Shown one piece after another: positions 29,607 to 39,393 of a stretch of 64,000 bases of DNA; positions within the stretch are counted from its first letter, which is position 1; every line of letters starts with the position of its first letter. Where the stretch lies: IMG/VR virus record IMGVR_UViG_3300029776_000155. One strand, written 5' to 3'. Below the pieces are notes generated by a model. The model saw only the letters and a program-made list of their open reading frames with translations, had not been told where the DNA came from and ran no database searches. The position numbers and the translations under genes were made by a program. The DNA comes from a virus.

Positions 29607-29636
29607 CATAAAAAAAGCTCTCGTGGTGGAGAGCTT
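29607..29636 (-). terminator. rho-independent terminator after the primase gene (bidirectional hairpin)
   Basis: Minus strand reads AAAGCTCTCCACCACGAGAGC followed by TTTTTTT. Confidence 0.6.
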
Positions 29637-29662
29637 TAGGTGGCAAAGGAGAACACTGAATA

Positions 29663-30550
29663 TCAGCGTTTCTTTCCGCGCAGGTAATCGTTCAGGTCTT
29701 TGTATTCCGCATAGTGGCAGGATTCATCGCTGACACGTCCATCATACATCCCGGCAATGGTCTCTGTGGTTCTCTGCCCGGCAAGGTCATTGTCGAGATA
29801 ACAGTGGATGACCGAATATTCCTGTAAACGTGCCAGCGTCTTTTTCAAGTTGTTTACCGAGTTCATCACGAGGTAGTCGCATGGCATGGCAAGACAGACC
29901 GTTCGGTCGCCTGCCAGTTTCAGTGTCATATAGGAAAGGAAATCCATGAAGCCCTCGAAAACACAGACATTTTCCTGTGTCTCTTCTGTCAGATGTCTTA
30001 TCAATGAGATGTCCTTGTTGTTCAGGCATCCCTTGTAATAGGCGTTGCGCACCTCGTAACCACCGGAGGTATTGCCGAATGCGAGAGCGAAATAATGACG
30101 GCCTCGCAGTTCATAATGCACCTCCTTGCAATACATACGGCCGATGTCCGCGTCGATAAGCCGGGATTGGAGGTAAGAGAACAGGGCGTGATGGCGGAGT
30201 GGAATCACGATCACGTCTTTCATTTCAGCCTCCACCGGTCGGGGTGGAGCGGTCGGCATACGGGTTCTCGGTAGTGATGCGCCATTCACAAGCCTCTCGA
30301 TATACGCCAGTGCCTCGCTCACGCAGTCCGTCCGGCAAATGTATTTTGCCAGTTCCACCAGGTCGCCGCCGGTCGCCTCGCCGAAATCGTACCATTCATT
30401 GATTCGGTCATTCACCTTGAACGACGGGGTACGCTCGTTCCGTAACGGTGAGAAGTACCAGTATTGTTCCGATTTTATATGCTGTGCATGGTGGCCGAGC
30501 TGTGCCAGAAAATCCACGATGCGTACTTGTTTTGCTTCTGCTATGGTCAT
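29663..30550 (-). CDS. DNA primase (CHC2 zinc-finger + Toprim domain)
   Basis: 295 aa. N-terminal zinc-binding region. Toprim block VCVFEGFMDFLS...HCYLDNDLAGQ. Confidence 0.8.
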   Translation of the reverse strand: MTIAEAKQVRIVDFLAQLGHHAQHIKSEQYWYFSPLRNERTPSFKVNDRINEWYDFGEATGGDLVELAKYICRTDCVSEALAYIERLVNGASLPRTRMPTAPPRPVEAEMKDVIVIPLRHHALFSYLQSRLIDADIGRMYCKEVHYELRGRHYFALAFGNTSGGYEVRNAYYKGCLNNKDISLIRHLTEETQENVCVFEGFMDFLSYMTLKLAGDRTVCLAMPCDYLVMNSVNNLKKTLARLQEYSVIHCYLDNDLAGQRTTETIAGMYDGRVSDESCHYAEYKDLNDYLRGKKR

Positions 30551-30652
30551 CTATTTTTCTTTCACTTGATTTCAAAAAAAGGTTTAGTTTAGTTTTTCCC
30601 CTATATATATAAATACTAAAGTAAACTAAATGATATAAGCCCGCGCACGACT

Positions 30653-31753
30653 TCATTCTTCATCAAAAAGCATGGCCTCGGTAGGCGTCATGTCGTAATA
30701 GAACAACTTGTCCCGTTTGATGATGAGCTTGAGGTTGTCTATCAGGTATTGCATCAGTTTTATCATGACACTCCGGCCGCGTTTGAATCCGATTGCCTCG
30801 TAGGAGACCATCAGGCTCTGCAGCAGGTTGTCGAATCCCCGGATGGGCTTTTCCCCGAATGCGGCAGAGAGAGCTTCGCGGTGCTGTTCGATGCTCAGTT
30901 CCGTAAACCCCGTTCTTGCCTTGGGCTTCGGGGGCTCGCCAAACGAGTGTACTTCCGCAATGACGGGCAGTCCTGTTTCATTGATGGTAAATGCAAACGG
31001 CTTGAACTCTTTTTCCCGGATATGGAGCGCATGGACTTCGCTGATGCCGGGATTCTCGTTGCTCTTGCTGATGACCAGCACGGTCTCCGCCTTGTTGCTC
31101 ATCTCCGTTCCGATATGTCCGCGCACGTTGTTGTCCCCTTTGTTCAAATGAAGCACACAGTGGATGTGCAGGTCGTATCTCGAAGACCATTCCATCATCC
31201 GGTTGATGACTTCCACCGATTCACCGGCATTATTGATGTCGAGCATCAGGTCGCGAATGCCGTCGATGATGACCAGTCCGTAGCCTTTCTGTTGGCGCAG
31301 CGCATAGTCGATGACCTCGATACGCACCGACGGCGAATATTCACGCAGGCAGAAAAAATCGAGATTCTCCGGATCGGTCGTCGTGGGCAACCCGGCCAGC
31401 CGCAATATACGCTCCAATACCGAGCGGCAATGGAAACGGCTCTGTTCCGTATCGACGTACAGAATACGCTGTTTGCCTTCGGGCAGATGTGCACGGTAGT
31501 TCAATACTTGTTTCCCCGCCAATGATGCGGCGACAAGCGCAGAGACGTTGAACGTCTTTTTCGATTTCGCCTTGCCAGTCGATGCACTGAAATTGCCGAG
31601 CGTGGCAATCGTTGAGTTATCTATCCAGATGATTTGCGGAGGGGTCTCATAAATGTCCGTCGCCTTGATTTGCGAGGCATGGAGGATGTCCGACAGGCGG
31701 TGTTCATCCATCCCCATGCTGGTTGTGCGGTCAATCCTTCTTTCGTTTTCCAT
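30653..31753 (-). CDS. AAA_25/RecA-like ATPase (RepA/DnaB-loader-like) of mobile elements
   Basis: 366 aa. Walker B/RecA-like core GLVIIDGIRDL...HIHCVLHLNKG. Confidence 0.65.
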   Translation of the reverse strand: MENERRIDRTTSMGMDEHRLSDILHASQIKATDIYETPPQIIWIDNSTIATLGNFSASTGKAKSKKTFNVSALVAASLAGKQVLNYRAHLPEGKQRILYVDTEQSRFHCRSVLERILRLAGLPTTTDPENLDFFCLREYSPSVRIEVIDYALRQQKGYGLVIIDGIRDLMLDINNAGESVEVINRMMEWSSRYDLHIHCVLHLNKGDNNVRGHIGTEMSNKAETVLVISKSNENPGISEVHALHIREKEFKPFAFTINETGLPVIAEVHSFGEPPKPKARTGFTELSIEQHREALSAAFGEKPIRGFDNLLQSLMVSYEAIGFKRGRSVMIKLMQYLIDNLKLIIKRDKLFYYDMTPTEAMLFDEE

Positions 31754-32126
31754 AGCGTCTCTTGTTAAGGAACGGTTCTGTGGCGGCGGCTTCCGTCACC
31801 CTGCGCACTGCCTCGTTCATGGTAGGTTCATAATTCTGCAACAGCCATTCGTCCAATTCCTCCTTGGCGAAATAAACCATTTTACCGCGCGGTTTGTAGT
31901 GCGGTATCTCCTTGCTCGATGTGAGCTTGTACAGCATACTTTCAGAAACCCCGATATACATGCAGGCTTCCTGAAATGTGAAAACTCTCTTGGTCGTGAA
32001 GATGGTATTTTCCAGCAGCGTAATACGCTCCAAGAGACTTTCGACCGGTTCCAATTTCTTCAGTACCGATTCGATGGCGGCGAGCCGTCCGCTCATCCGC
32101 TCCATGAATGTCATTCTATTCGGCAT
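31731..32126 (-). CDS. helix-turn-helix DNA-binding protein (excisionase/AlpA-like)
   Basis: 131 aa. HTH TFQEACMYIGVSESMLYKLTSSKEIPHYKPRGKMVYF. Overlaps the downstream ATPase gene. Confidence 0.55.
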   Translation of the reverse strand: MPNRMTFMERMSGRLAAIESVLKKLEPVESLLERITLLENTIFTTKRVFTFQEACMYIGVSESMLYKLTSSKEIPHYKPRGKMVYFAKEELDEWLLQNYEPTMNEAVRRVTEAAATEPFLNKRRYGKRKKD

Positions 32127-32305
32127 AATAACACAGTTTGATTTTTGACAATGGAGATGAAACCTCCGTTATGCAGCGCGCTAACGGAGGTCAAAGGTAT
32201 GTCCTGTAAACGAAGATGCCGTGATTTGGGGAATGATACTATGCACGTGTCATTGTAACTCTCATGCTTTTACCTTTCACATACTTCGCTTCTTGTCACT
32301 TTCTG

Positions 32306-33010
32306 TCATTCTTTCAGCCGATCAATGACCTTTCGGATGCTGTATGCGACCGATGTCATGTTGTTCTTGATGGATGACAGCGCGGAAGACAGGGTTGACA
32401 CCGAAACGGAGCGTGTCCCGTCCTTGGACTGCAGGAATGCACCCTTGCCGAGAACATTCTGCCACCGAGATTGGATGAACGAGTTTTCAAGAAGCGCATC
32501 GAACAGGATTACCACACGGCGGATATTGTTCACGCGGATGGAAAAGCCCTTCTTGCAGGCGAAGAGAGCCTCCATGTCTTCAATGCGTACAGAAACACAG
32601 AACAGATGATAAGTATTGGCGCAAGCCACTATACTTTTCATCTGTTCCGGGGTAAAATTACAACCAAAAGAAAGAGAGAGAGCCGCAGGTCGGTTGATAC
32701 GGGGCGGACCAAGCGGAGACAACGATTCCGAGGTGTCATACATCCGTTTCAACTTCATGCACTCATTAAACGTGAAATCCGGTGCGGCAAAGCAGGGCTG
32801 GACGGAACTGGCGCACTCGGTCAGCAGCCCCTTGACAATGTGGATGTTCATTTCGTGGCAGTTCCGGCAGGCCGCATGGTCACAGTCTATGTACCGGTGT
32901 CCGTTTACGAAATCGTCCACATAGCGGTGGTACTGTTTACCACCCAACACAACATCGTGGAGATAAACTGTTTTTGCTTCGGTAAGCAGGGCGAAAAGTT
33001 CATTCGCCAC
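32306..33010 (-). CDS. hypothetical Cys/His-rich protein
   Basis: 234-aa ORF between the Xis-like and integrase genes. CDHAACRNCHEMN motif. Confidence 0.4.
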   Translation of the reverse strand: MANELFALLTEAKTVYLHDVVLGGKQYHRYVDDFVNGHRYIDCDHAACRNCHEMNIHIVKGLLTECASSVQPCFAAPDFTFNECMKLKRMYDTSESLSPLGPPRINRPAALSLSFGCNFTPEQMKSIVACANTYHLFCVSVRIEDMEALFACKKGFSIRVNNIRRVVILFDALLENSFIQSRWQNVLGKGAFLQSKDGTRSVSVSTLSSALSSIKNNMTSVAYSIRKVIDRLKE

Positions 33011-33209
33011 ATCCTTGTCCGCAGCGAAGTGCTGCAGGTGTTGGCTCCCTCCAAAAAGAGAGAAGGCCGTCTTCAGGTCTTTTCATGTCGATTTACCTTT
33101 TTGAGTTTATAATATGTGATGGAAGCATTAACTTCGGTTGCATTTACAACCGGAGAAATGCCGTAAATATATGTTTGTAAATTAGACATGGACCACAGAA
33201 TGCCTTCAA

Positions 33210-34355
33210 TTAGTGAAACAAACCGTTTACAAGATTCACAGCCTCGTCCTTTTTCTTATTGATAATCTTGGCATACACCTGTGTCATTTTCACATCGGCA
33301 TGGCCGAGCAGCTTCGAGACAGTATATAAGTCCGCTCCGAGCGTCAGCATCATGGTGGCAAACGTATGGCGACTGGTGTGGTAGGAGAACCGCTTGGAGA
33401 TTCCGGCTGCTTTCGCCCAAGGTTTGAGCTGCATTCTGATTGTATTGGCGGACGGCAGGTCGAACACATTATCTTCTGATGATTTGCCCCCACGTTCCGG
33501 CATCCACTTCAACGCTTCAGGAGAGAGGGGCAGGTAAATAGGCTCTTTGGTCTTTTTCATGGACACGGCCAAACGGTACTGTCCCCTGTCAACGAACACG
33601 TCATTCCATTTCAGCTTGATTATATCGCTGATGCGTAATCCGCAAAAGCAGGAGAACAGATATGCGCATTTTACAATCTCGTATTCCTCGTGGGGCATAG
33701 GAGTGTCAATCAACGCCTGTACCTCTTCGATGGTCATGTACGACCGCATACTCTCCGGCTTGCGGATTTTCTCCGACTTCTCAAGTTCGTTGAAAGGGTT
33801 GGCCTTCATCTTTTTCTTCCTGACGGCAGAGTTCAACGCACCGTTCAACGCACGGTAATAATTGTGAAGCGTGTAGTTCGATATGTCCTTGCCTTTCGGA
33901 TGATATTCCGTCAGCAGATAAGTGATGTAGCCACGACAAAAGTCCCCGTCAATCTGATCCAGTGTGACCATTTCTCCGGCATAGTCTTTCAGTATGCGCA
34001 TGGCAATCTTGATTTGACTGCCATCTTTCTTACCGGCACTCTCTTGAGCCTCCATATAAACCTGCATCCAATCCAGCAGGAAAGTCTTGTCCTTACGGAA
34101 TACAATCCCGGCCTCATTACTGGTCAGTTCGATAATACGCTTCGACTTGATGGCATTGGCGGCGTCCATTGTCGTCTGATTCTGCCTGCGGGAGTTGCTA
34201 TCCGTTTCCGGGATAATATACATCTTGAGGTATTCATATGTCCGCTTTCCGTCGCGGTATATATCCAGATACAGGCTCTTGCTGCCATTGCTCAGCGACT
34301 TCATCCGAAGACGAATTGGCTCTTTGACTTTTGTATGATTCTTAACTCGTGCCAT
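33210..34355 (-). CDS. tyrosine site-specific integrase
   Basis: C-terminal catalytic residues R...HxxR...Y: FSYHTSRHTFATMM...LLGHADVKMTQVYAKI. N-terminal Arm/SAM-like domain. Start taken at the internal Met MARVKNHTKV. The track ORF extends to 34451. Confidence 0.85.
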   Translation of the reverse strand: MARVKNHTKVKEPIRLRMKSLSNGSKSLYLDIYRDGKRTYEYLKMYIIPETDSNSRRQNQTTMDAANAIKSKRIIELTSNEAGIVFRKDKTFLLDWMQVYMEAQESAGKKDGSQIKIAMRILKDYAGEMVTLDQIDGDFCRGYITYLLTEYHPKGKDISNYTLHNYYRALNGALNSAVRKKKMKANPFNELEKSEKIRKPESMRSYMTIEEVQALIDTPMPHEEYEIVKCAYLFSCFCGLRISDIIKLKWNDVFVDRGQYRLAVSMKKTKEPIYLPLSPEALKWMPERGGKSSEDNVFDLPSANTIRMQLKPWAKAAGISKRFSYHTSRHTFATMMLTLGADLYTVSKLLGHADVKMTQVYAKIINKKKDEAVNLVNGLFH

Positions 34356-35057
34356 AGGGATTCCTTTCTCATTTTTTCTACTGCAAATATACGAATAAGT
34401 ATCGAATTTGAGAAACAAATGAGAAACAAAATTGCACCAAACAAGAGCCAATCTACTGAAAGTACTGAAAACAACCGAAAATAAAAATAAGATTATAAAA
34501 CTTTGATTTACAGGATATTTGTTATCAATTTATTGGATGTTGTTTTCATTCTATACATATAATGCGTAAATCTGGTAAGTCATAACATATATAGCACGTC
34601 TGGAGGTGAATACAGGCGTGCTATTTTATGGGTAAAACGAACGTGGAAGCGTAGCGTGCAATAAGTGCGAGTCTTTATTACCCACCATTAACATGGCATG
34701 TGCTGGAGTAAATAACGGTGCGTGCCATTTTTGTATCTGATTATAAACCCTTAAAAACAATAAGATATGAAACGAGTAAGAATACCAAGAACAAGCGCAA
34801 AAATTATTTCAACCTCTGGTGTAAATATGACATTCTATTTGCCTAAATCACAAAATGTTACTGTAAGAAGAAAGAATATATATGACTTATTTAAAGCGTA
34901 GTTGCATGAAAAGGCATATTGTGGTATACAAGCGAAAAAAGTACATAAAGGTGGCTACTGCAATCGGTAGCCAATTTTATAGAATTGCGGTAGCAGGTTG
35001 CCTTCTGATTTCTTGTGTTTCAATGATATTTTTAAACATACATTAAGCGTAAAGACG

Positions 35058-35306
35058 ATGGAAAAGAATGATGTAGCCAGCTTTTTCTACTATATGTGGA
35101 ACTGTTGGTGCGAACAGGAATGTGAAACGGCTTTTGCCCGTTCCGGTTGCGGGTGGCGGCATCTTTGGAACAAATGGTGCCAGTACAGTTCAAAGCACCA
35201 GGGGTTTGGTACTGCCGAAGAATTTTTCGCAAATCTGAGTGAAGATAATCAGGACTTGCTGGTGAAGCGTGCATTGGAATTGTATGACCGGAGAAAGACA
35301 AGATAA
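35058..35306 (+). CDS. hypothetical protein
   Basis: First gene of the unidirectional plus-strand array. Start set at MEKNDVASFF. Confidence 0.35.
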   Translation: MEKNDVASFFYYMWNCWCEQECETAFARSGCGWRHLWNKWCQYSSKHQGFGTAEEFFANLSEDNQDLLVKRALELYDRRKTR

Positions 35307-35560
35307 TGGTACGGTATTTAAAGATAGCATTCGGACTGGTGGTGGTGTGCCTGGTATTCCGGGCATGTAGGCTTGAATATGTCTGCAATATAGTTGACTC
35401 TATCCCAGTTGAAATCAGAGAAAGAATAATAGAGGAGCGTCCGGAATGTACGGATATTGGCGTACTTGCTGATTTCTGGGTTAGCAAGGGGGACTCTGTA
35501 GTAGAGGAAGTGGCGGAAGAACAGGCGTATGAACGCGAATTGGAACAATATATCAAATAA
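35306..35560 (+). CDS. hypothetical small membrane protein
   Basis: 84 aa with N-terminal TM. Start overlaps the upstream stop. Confidence 0.35.
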   Translation: MVRYLKIAFGLVVVCLVFRACRLEYVCNIVDSIPVEIRERIIEERPECTDIGVLADFWVSKGDSVVEEVAEEQAYERELEQYIK

Positions 35561-35569
35561 TTCAAGAGC

Positions 35570-35833
35570 ATGGAAACAAAGAAATGTAAGGCTTGCGGAA
35601 AAGAACTTCCGCTATCGGAATTTGGCAAAAACAAATCCATTAAAGATGGGCATGACAACAAGTGTAAATCATGCCGCAAAAAATTGCGGGAGAACTCTTC
35701 CGGTGGTGTCACCCAGCAAGGTGTAAAGGCTACGTTAAAGATGTCCGATTTTGAAGACAATATGCTGTTTGCTGAGTTGCGCAGACGTGGATATACCGGA
35801 GAACTGCGCTATTCCAAAGTTATAAATGTATAG
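35570..35833 (+). CDS. zinc-ribbon small protein
   Basis: 87 aa with CKACGKE...CKSCRKKL. C-terminal RRGYTGELRY motif is shared with the next ORF (YRGYTGKLVQ). Confidence 0.4.
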   Translation: METKKCKACGKELPLSEFGKNKSIKDGHDNKCKSCRKKLRENSSGGVTQQGVKATLKMSDFEDNMLFAELRRRGYTGELRYSKVINV

Positions 35834-35835
35834 TT

Positions 35836-36018
35836 ATGTACACAAGTCATGGCTGGGAGCTGGACAATTTATTGCAGGGGCAAAACGAAGAATATCTTCT
35901 TGAAATATTAACGGAAAATTATAAGCGCCTGAGAGATGTCCCGGACAATCTGATTATGACGTTGCTTGAATATCGCGGATATACCGGAAAGTTGGTGCAG
36001 GTAGAAAACAAAATGTGA
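35836..36018 (+). CDS. hypothetical small protein
   Basis: 60 aa. Shares the RGYTG motif with the upstream gene. Confidence 0.3.
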   Translation: MYTSHGWELDNLLQGQNEEYLLEILTENYKRLRDVPDNLIMTLLEYRGYTGKLVQVENKM

Positions 36019-36039
36019 ATCCTTATAAATAAATGCAAC

Positions 36040-36357
36040 ATGAACTACTCGATTAATCCCAAGCTCAATGCTGTTATGAAGACTATTGAGCTTCAACTAT
36101 TGTCTAAAGGGACGGACAAGCAAGAGGCCCTTCAGATTATTAGGCAATATATAAAAGCATTTCCCAAAGAACCGGATTATAACCTGGCGCAATATGGCGG
36201 CATGCTTGTTTCTCCTTATGACGTGCGAGAGTTGAATATCCAATGCGGCTACAGTGTCGCTTCTCAGAATAATATTTCTGATGAAAGAATCTGGTACGAA
36301 TACTTGCTTCGAGTGGGACTGGTTGCAAGGAAACTTATAAAAACAAATGGCTTATGA
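36040..36357 (+). CDS. hypothetical protein
   Basis: 105-aa ORF. Confidence 0.35.
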   Translation: MNYSINPKLNAVMKTIELQLLSKGTDKQEALQIIRQYIKAFPKEPDYNLAQYGGMLVSPYDVRELNIQCGYSVASQNNISDERIWYEYLLRVGLVARKLIKTNGL

Positions 36358-36806
36358 CTATAATATCAGAAATACCACTTCGGAACTTTCAATTTTGGAG
36401 CGGTGGTAAGGACCGGGCTGAAAAATGTACGGATGAACAACTGGATGAAATTGAATCCATGATGGAGGATATTACCCCCGGAAATGGGTGGACTGAAACT
36501 GAAGTGAATGATTTTTTCTGGTTTGAATTTGATACTATTGCGAATTGGCTTGGTTACAAGAGCGAAGAATACTTTGATGCTGGAGTTACTGAATCTGATG
36601 TACAAGATGCAGAAGATTGGTTCAACTGTATTTTAAATGCAAATGAAATGATTGACATTGCAAATTTAGACAGGAATGATTATATCTATCGGGATGAGGA
36701 CGGGGAATATGTATTGGATGAAGATTTGGTATACGATGATTTCTCGGACTGGTGGAGTAATATGAACGATATTGAAAAAGTAAAAGAGTATCGTAAGTAT
36801 GAGTAA
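36354..36806 (+). CDS. highly acidic small protein (DNA-mimic candidate)
   Basis: 150 aa, very rich in Asp/Glu and aromatics. Overlaps the upstream stop. Confidence 0.4.
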   Translation: MTIISEIPLRNFQFWSGGKDRAEKCTDEQLDEIESMMEDITPGNGWTETEVNDFFWFEFDTIANWLGYKSEEYFDAGVTESDVQDAEDWFNCILNANEMIDIANLDRNDYIYRDEDGEYVLDEDLVYDDFSDWWSNMNDIEKVKEYRKYE

Positions 36807-36811
36807 AGCGT

Positions 36812-36849
36812 TATGGTGAAAACCCGGGTTCGATTCCCGGAGCGCTGCA
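36812..36849 (+). other. 3' fragment of a tRNA gene (variable region, T-arm and acceptor strand): att-site-like scar
   Basis: aaCCGGGTTCGATTCCCGGagcgctg-c-a reads as T-stem CCGGG/CCCGG with a TTCGATT loop and a 7-nt acceptor 3' strand. No D-arm or anticodon arm lies upstream, so it is not a full tRNA. Confidence 0.55.
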
Positions 36850-36900
36850 TTTAATTAGTTGTTTCCATGTGTGTTATTCGACACGTTTTATGTTTGAAGG

Positions 36901-36945
36901 GTGGCGCGATCAGAATAGGTTGATTCTGGTTGCGCCTTTTCTTTA
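36901..36945 (+). terminator. rho-independent terminator-like hairpin
   Basis: GGCGCGATCAGA...TCTGGTTGCGCC followed by TTTTCTTT. Confidence 0.5.
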
Positions 36946-36964
36946 AAGTTAAAGCGAGTTAATC

Positions 36965-37015
36965 TTTAAAAAGTGGACAACTATGGACACCGTCAAAAAC
37001 TATTCATAAACAAAA
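36965..37015 (+). promoter_or_regulatory. conserved upstream element (TAAAGTGGACAACTAT...ACACC...AAACAAAAT), copy 1
   Basis: About 45 nt. A similar block lies at 43622-43665, also directly upstream of a plus-strand gene start. Confidence 0.4.
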
Positions 37016-37028
37016 ATAAAAAGGGAAT

Positions 37029-37406
37029 ATGCAAAAAGAGCTGTTAACAATTGAATTTCGTTACAACGACAGGCCATCTGGCATTTGTCCAACAACATCA
37101 TGTAAAAAGATAATCACTATAGGCATATTTGATAGTTTGGAAGAAGCTGTTAGGGCTGGCAACGAAACATTAAAAACATTGTCAAAGCATTTTCAAGTAA
37201 GAGACGATGACCGTTTCAAGGTTCATGGCTTATTTGGCAACCCGGACAGGATAGTGACAAATACCTGCTACCCTACCAATGGGATTGTATATTTTGCCAG
37301 AATAACACCTTTGAAGTTCACCTGCCTTTCTGAAACCATTGCAGAAGCATTTAGAGCACATGAAAGATATAAGCAATATTATCAAGAAATAGATGAGGAA
37401 TCATGA
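37029..37406 (+). CDS. hypothetical protein
   Basis: 125-aa ORF. Confidence 0.35.
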   Translation: MQKELLTIEFRYNDRPSGICPTTSCKKIITIGIFDSLEEAVRAGNETLKTLSKHFQVRDDDRFKVHGLFGNPDRIVTNTCYPTNGIVYFARITPLKFTCLSETIAEAFRAHERYKQYYQEIDEES

Positions 37407-37633
37407 ATGTTATAGTTTCAAATAACAAGCGCACACTCTCTTTGCAAGTACATCATGTAGATGTCAGCAATTCCATTGAATTACATTTTCCAAACGAAAA
37501 CCAGTCTTTTGATGCCTTTCAAAAACTTCGTGAAATAGGTGTGAAATGTTTTCATACTGGTAAAAACGCTCCTTGTGGGGCTTCTGTAATGATGTATTCT
37601 TATGGTAATAATATCCAACTTCAAATAAAGTAG
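37403..37633 (+). CDS. hypothetical protein
   Basis: 76-aa ORF, 4-nt overlap with the upstream gene. Confidence 0.3.
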   Translation: MNVIVSNNKRTLSLQVHHVDVSNSIELHFPNENQSFDAFQKLREIGVKCFHTGKNAPCGASVMMYSYGNNIQLQIK

Positions 37634-37637
37634 TAAA

Positions 37638-38096
37638 ATGGAAGAAAAGAGGTATATAAATATTGATAACATGGCAGCACGCCTTTACCAAGTTCTTAAA
37701 GATGCGCGTGAAAGCATGATTGATGATGAAAATAAAGTTTTTATCATGGAGAGCTTTTCAGATGAGCTTCTGGAAGAAGAGAGCTACGAAATGGCTTGGC
37801 GGTTTAATTCAAATATGAAGGAATATCTGCACAAGCCGGACCATAGATTATGTGGTAATTTCAATAATATTGATTATGACTATCCTTATCATATCTATGG
37901 AAAGGTTACATACGATGCACCTCTTGTAAATGCCATGATTGCCAGACTGGATGACAATGAAGACAGCAAACTGGCTAACGAGGACCGTAACTTTCTTGTT
38001 GATTGGTTATTTGAAACTTTTGGAACATGGGGAATCTCTTATAACTTTCAGGATGAAATATCCGAAACTTTGTATGTTGAATTTGAAAATCAATGA
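37638..38096 (+). CDS. hypothetical protein
   Basis: 152-aa ORF. Confidence 0.35.
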   Translation: MEEKRYINIDNMAARLYQVLKDARESMIDDENKVFIMESFSDELLEEESYEMAWRFNSNMKEYLHKPDHRLCGNFNNIDYDYPYHIYGKVTYDAPLVNAMIARLDDNEDSKLANEDRNFLVDWLFETFGTWGISYNFQDEISETLYVEFENQ

Positions 38097-38114
38097 CCTT
38101 AGAAGTAATCAAAT

Positions 38115-38390
38115 ATGATGCACGAAGAATACCAAGAAAAAGGAGTAACCTATATCCGGATCAACAAAACCAAAGCACGTGTCAAATATAATGAAGGCAA
38201 AACTATATACCTGATTCAGGACATGATGCGCCTACCGAATGTGTGGAAAAAGCCTTGTCCAATCCATAAAGATGGGCTATCGTCCATTGGTCGTGAGTTT
38301 GATGACCATGTGAAAGACTTCCAGTACTATAACTGTGATTCTCAACGTGGGCATGGTATAAAATATTTCATTAAGCAAGAAGAATTGTAA
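38115..38390 (+). CDS. hypothetical protein
   Basis: 91-aa ORF. Confidence 0.3.
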   Translation: MMHEEYQEKGVTYIRINKTKARVKYNEGKTIYLIQDMMRLPNVWKKPCPIHKDGLSSIGREFDDHVKDFQYYNCDSQRGHGIKYFIKQEEL

Positions 38391-38400
38391 TACATCTAAT

Positions 38401-39090
38401 ATGAAAATAATAGCATTACAACTATATACTTTTGATGAATTGTCGGAAGAGGTACAAAAAGAAATTGTTGAGCGTGAACGCTGGAATATAATGGATCAGT
38501 GTATGGAGGCTTGCGGTTCAGATTATGTAAAGTCTTTAGATGCTTTCACGAAATTGACAGATACCATGCTTTGTGGTTGGGAGGTTGGTTATTGTGGATA
38601 TAACTTTAATTTAAAATATAGTGACAGTTTAATGTTTGAATGTCCTGTTGATTGTGATAAGGATATTTATGCAGAGAATTTGTGTGGTAAGTTGCTGTTC
38701 CGATATGTCAATAATAATATTATACCATATATTGCACAAGGCAAATATTATTCATCTTTAGGTAAATATATAAATGAAAAATACACTTACAAATACAGAC
38801 GAAGCCGTATTATCAAATCTGTAGGTGATGATTGTCCACTAACAGGCATGTGTTACGATTTCTACTTGCTTGAACCTATCATTAAATATTATAAAACTTG
38901 GTGTAGTTATCCAAATAATTTCTCGCTTATAGACTTAATAGAACAATGTTATGATAGTTTTTTCAAATGCTGGCATGAAGAATATAAGTATTGGGCCAAT
39001 GATGAAAATGCAATCCGGGAAGAATTGCATAATAACCAATATGAAGACAGACTGTATTATGAAGACGGAAAGGTGTACGATGCAGTTTAG
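38401..39090 (+). CDS. hypothetical Cys-rich protein
   Basis: 229-aa ORF with many Cys, Tyr and Trp residues. Confidence 0.4.
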   Translation: MKIIALQLYTFDELSEEVQKEIVERERWNIMDQCMEACGSDYVKSLDAFTKLTDTMLCGWEVGYCGYNFNLKYSDSLMFECPVDCDKDIYAENLCGKLLFRYVNNNIIPYIAQGKYYSSLGKYINEKYTYKYRRSRIIKSVGDDCPLTGMCYDFYLLEPIIKYYKTWCSYPNNFSLIDLIEQCYDSFFKCWHEEYKYWANDENAIREELHNNQYEDRLYYEDGKVYDAV

Positions 39091-39116
39091 TTCAAATATA
39101 AATACAAGATATAATT

Positions 39117-39362
39117 ATGCCACGTTTAAAGGGAACATATAATATTCCTGACTGGGCCTTGTGTCCGTTGGAATATGGGATAAATTCGGATGAATATGGC
39201 TTGACAGATGAAGACATTGCCCAAATCAAAGACTTCCAGGAGAATGTAATTGGTGGAGGGTACTATATGGATATTCATTGGGAAGACTGCAACGAATTTA
39301 ATACACATCCTCAGTTTGGATTGCCTGCAAAGACATATGAGGTTGATTTTTATATTGATTAG
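39117..39362 (+). CDS. hypothetical protein
   Basis: 81-aa ORF. Confidence 0.3.
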   Translation: MPRLKGTYNIPDWALCPLEYGINSDEYGLTDEDIAQIKDFQENVIGGGYYMDIHWEDCNEFNTHPQFGLPAKTYEVDFYID

Positions 39363-39393
39363 CTATGATGAAACCAATTAAAACAATATAAAT

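Noticed and set aside
36354-36806. Calling the acidic 150-aa protein ArdA.
   Set aside because: Only the bulk acidity fits. I could not recognise ArdA-specific N-terminal motifs from memory, so it is left as a DNA-mimic candidate.
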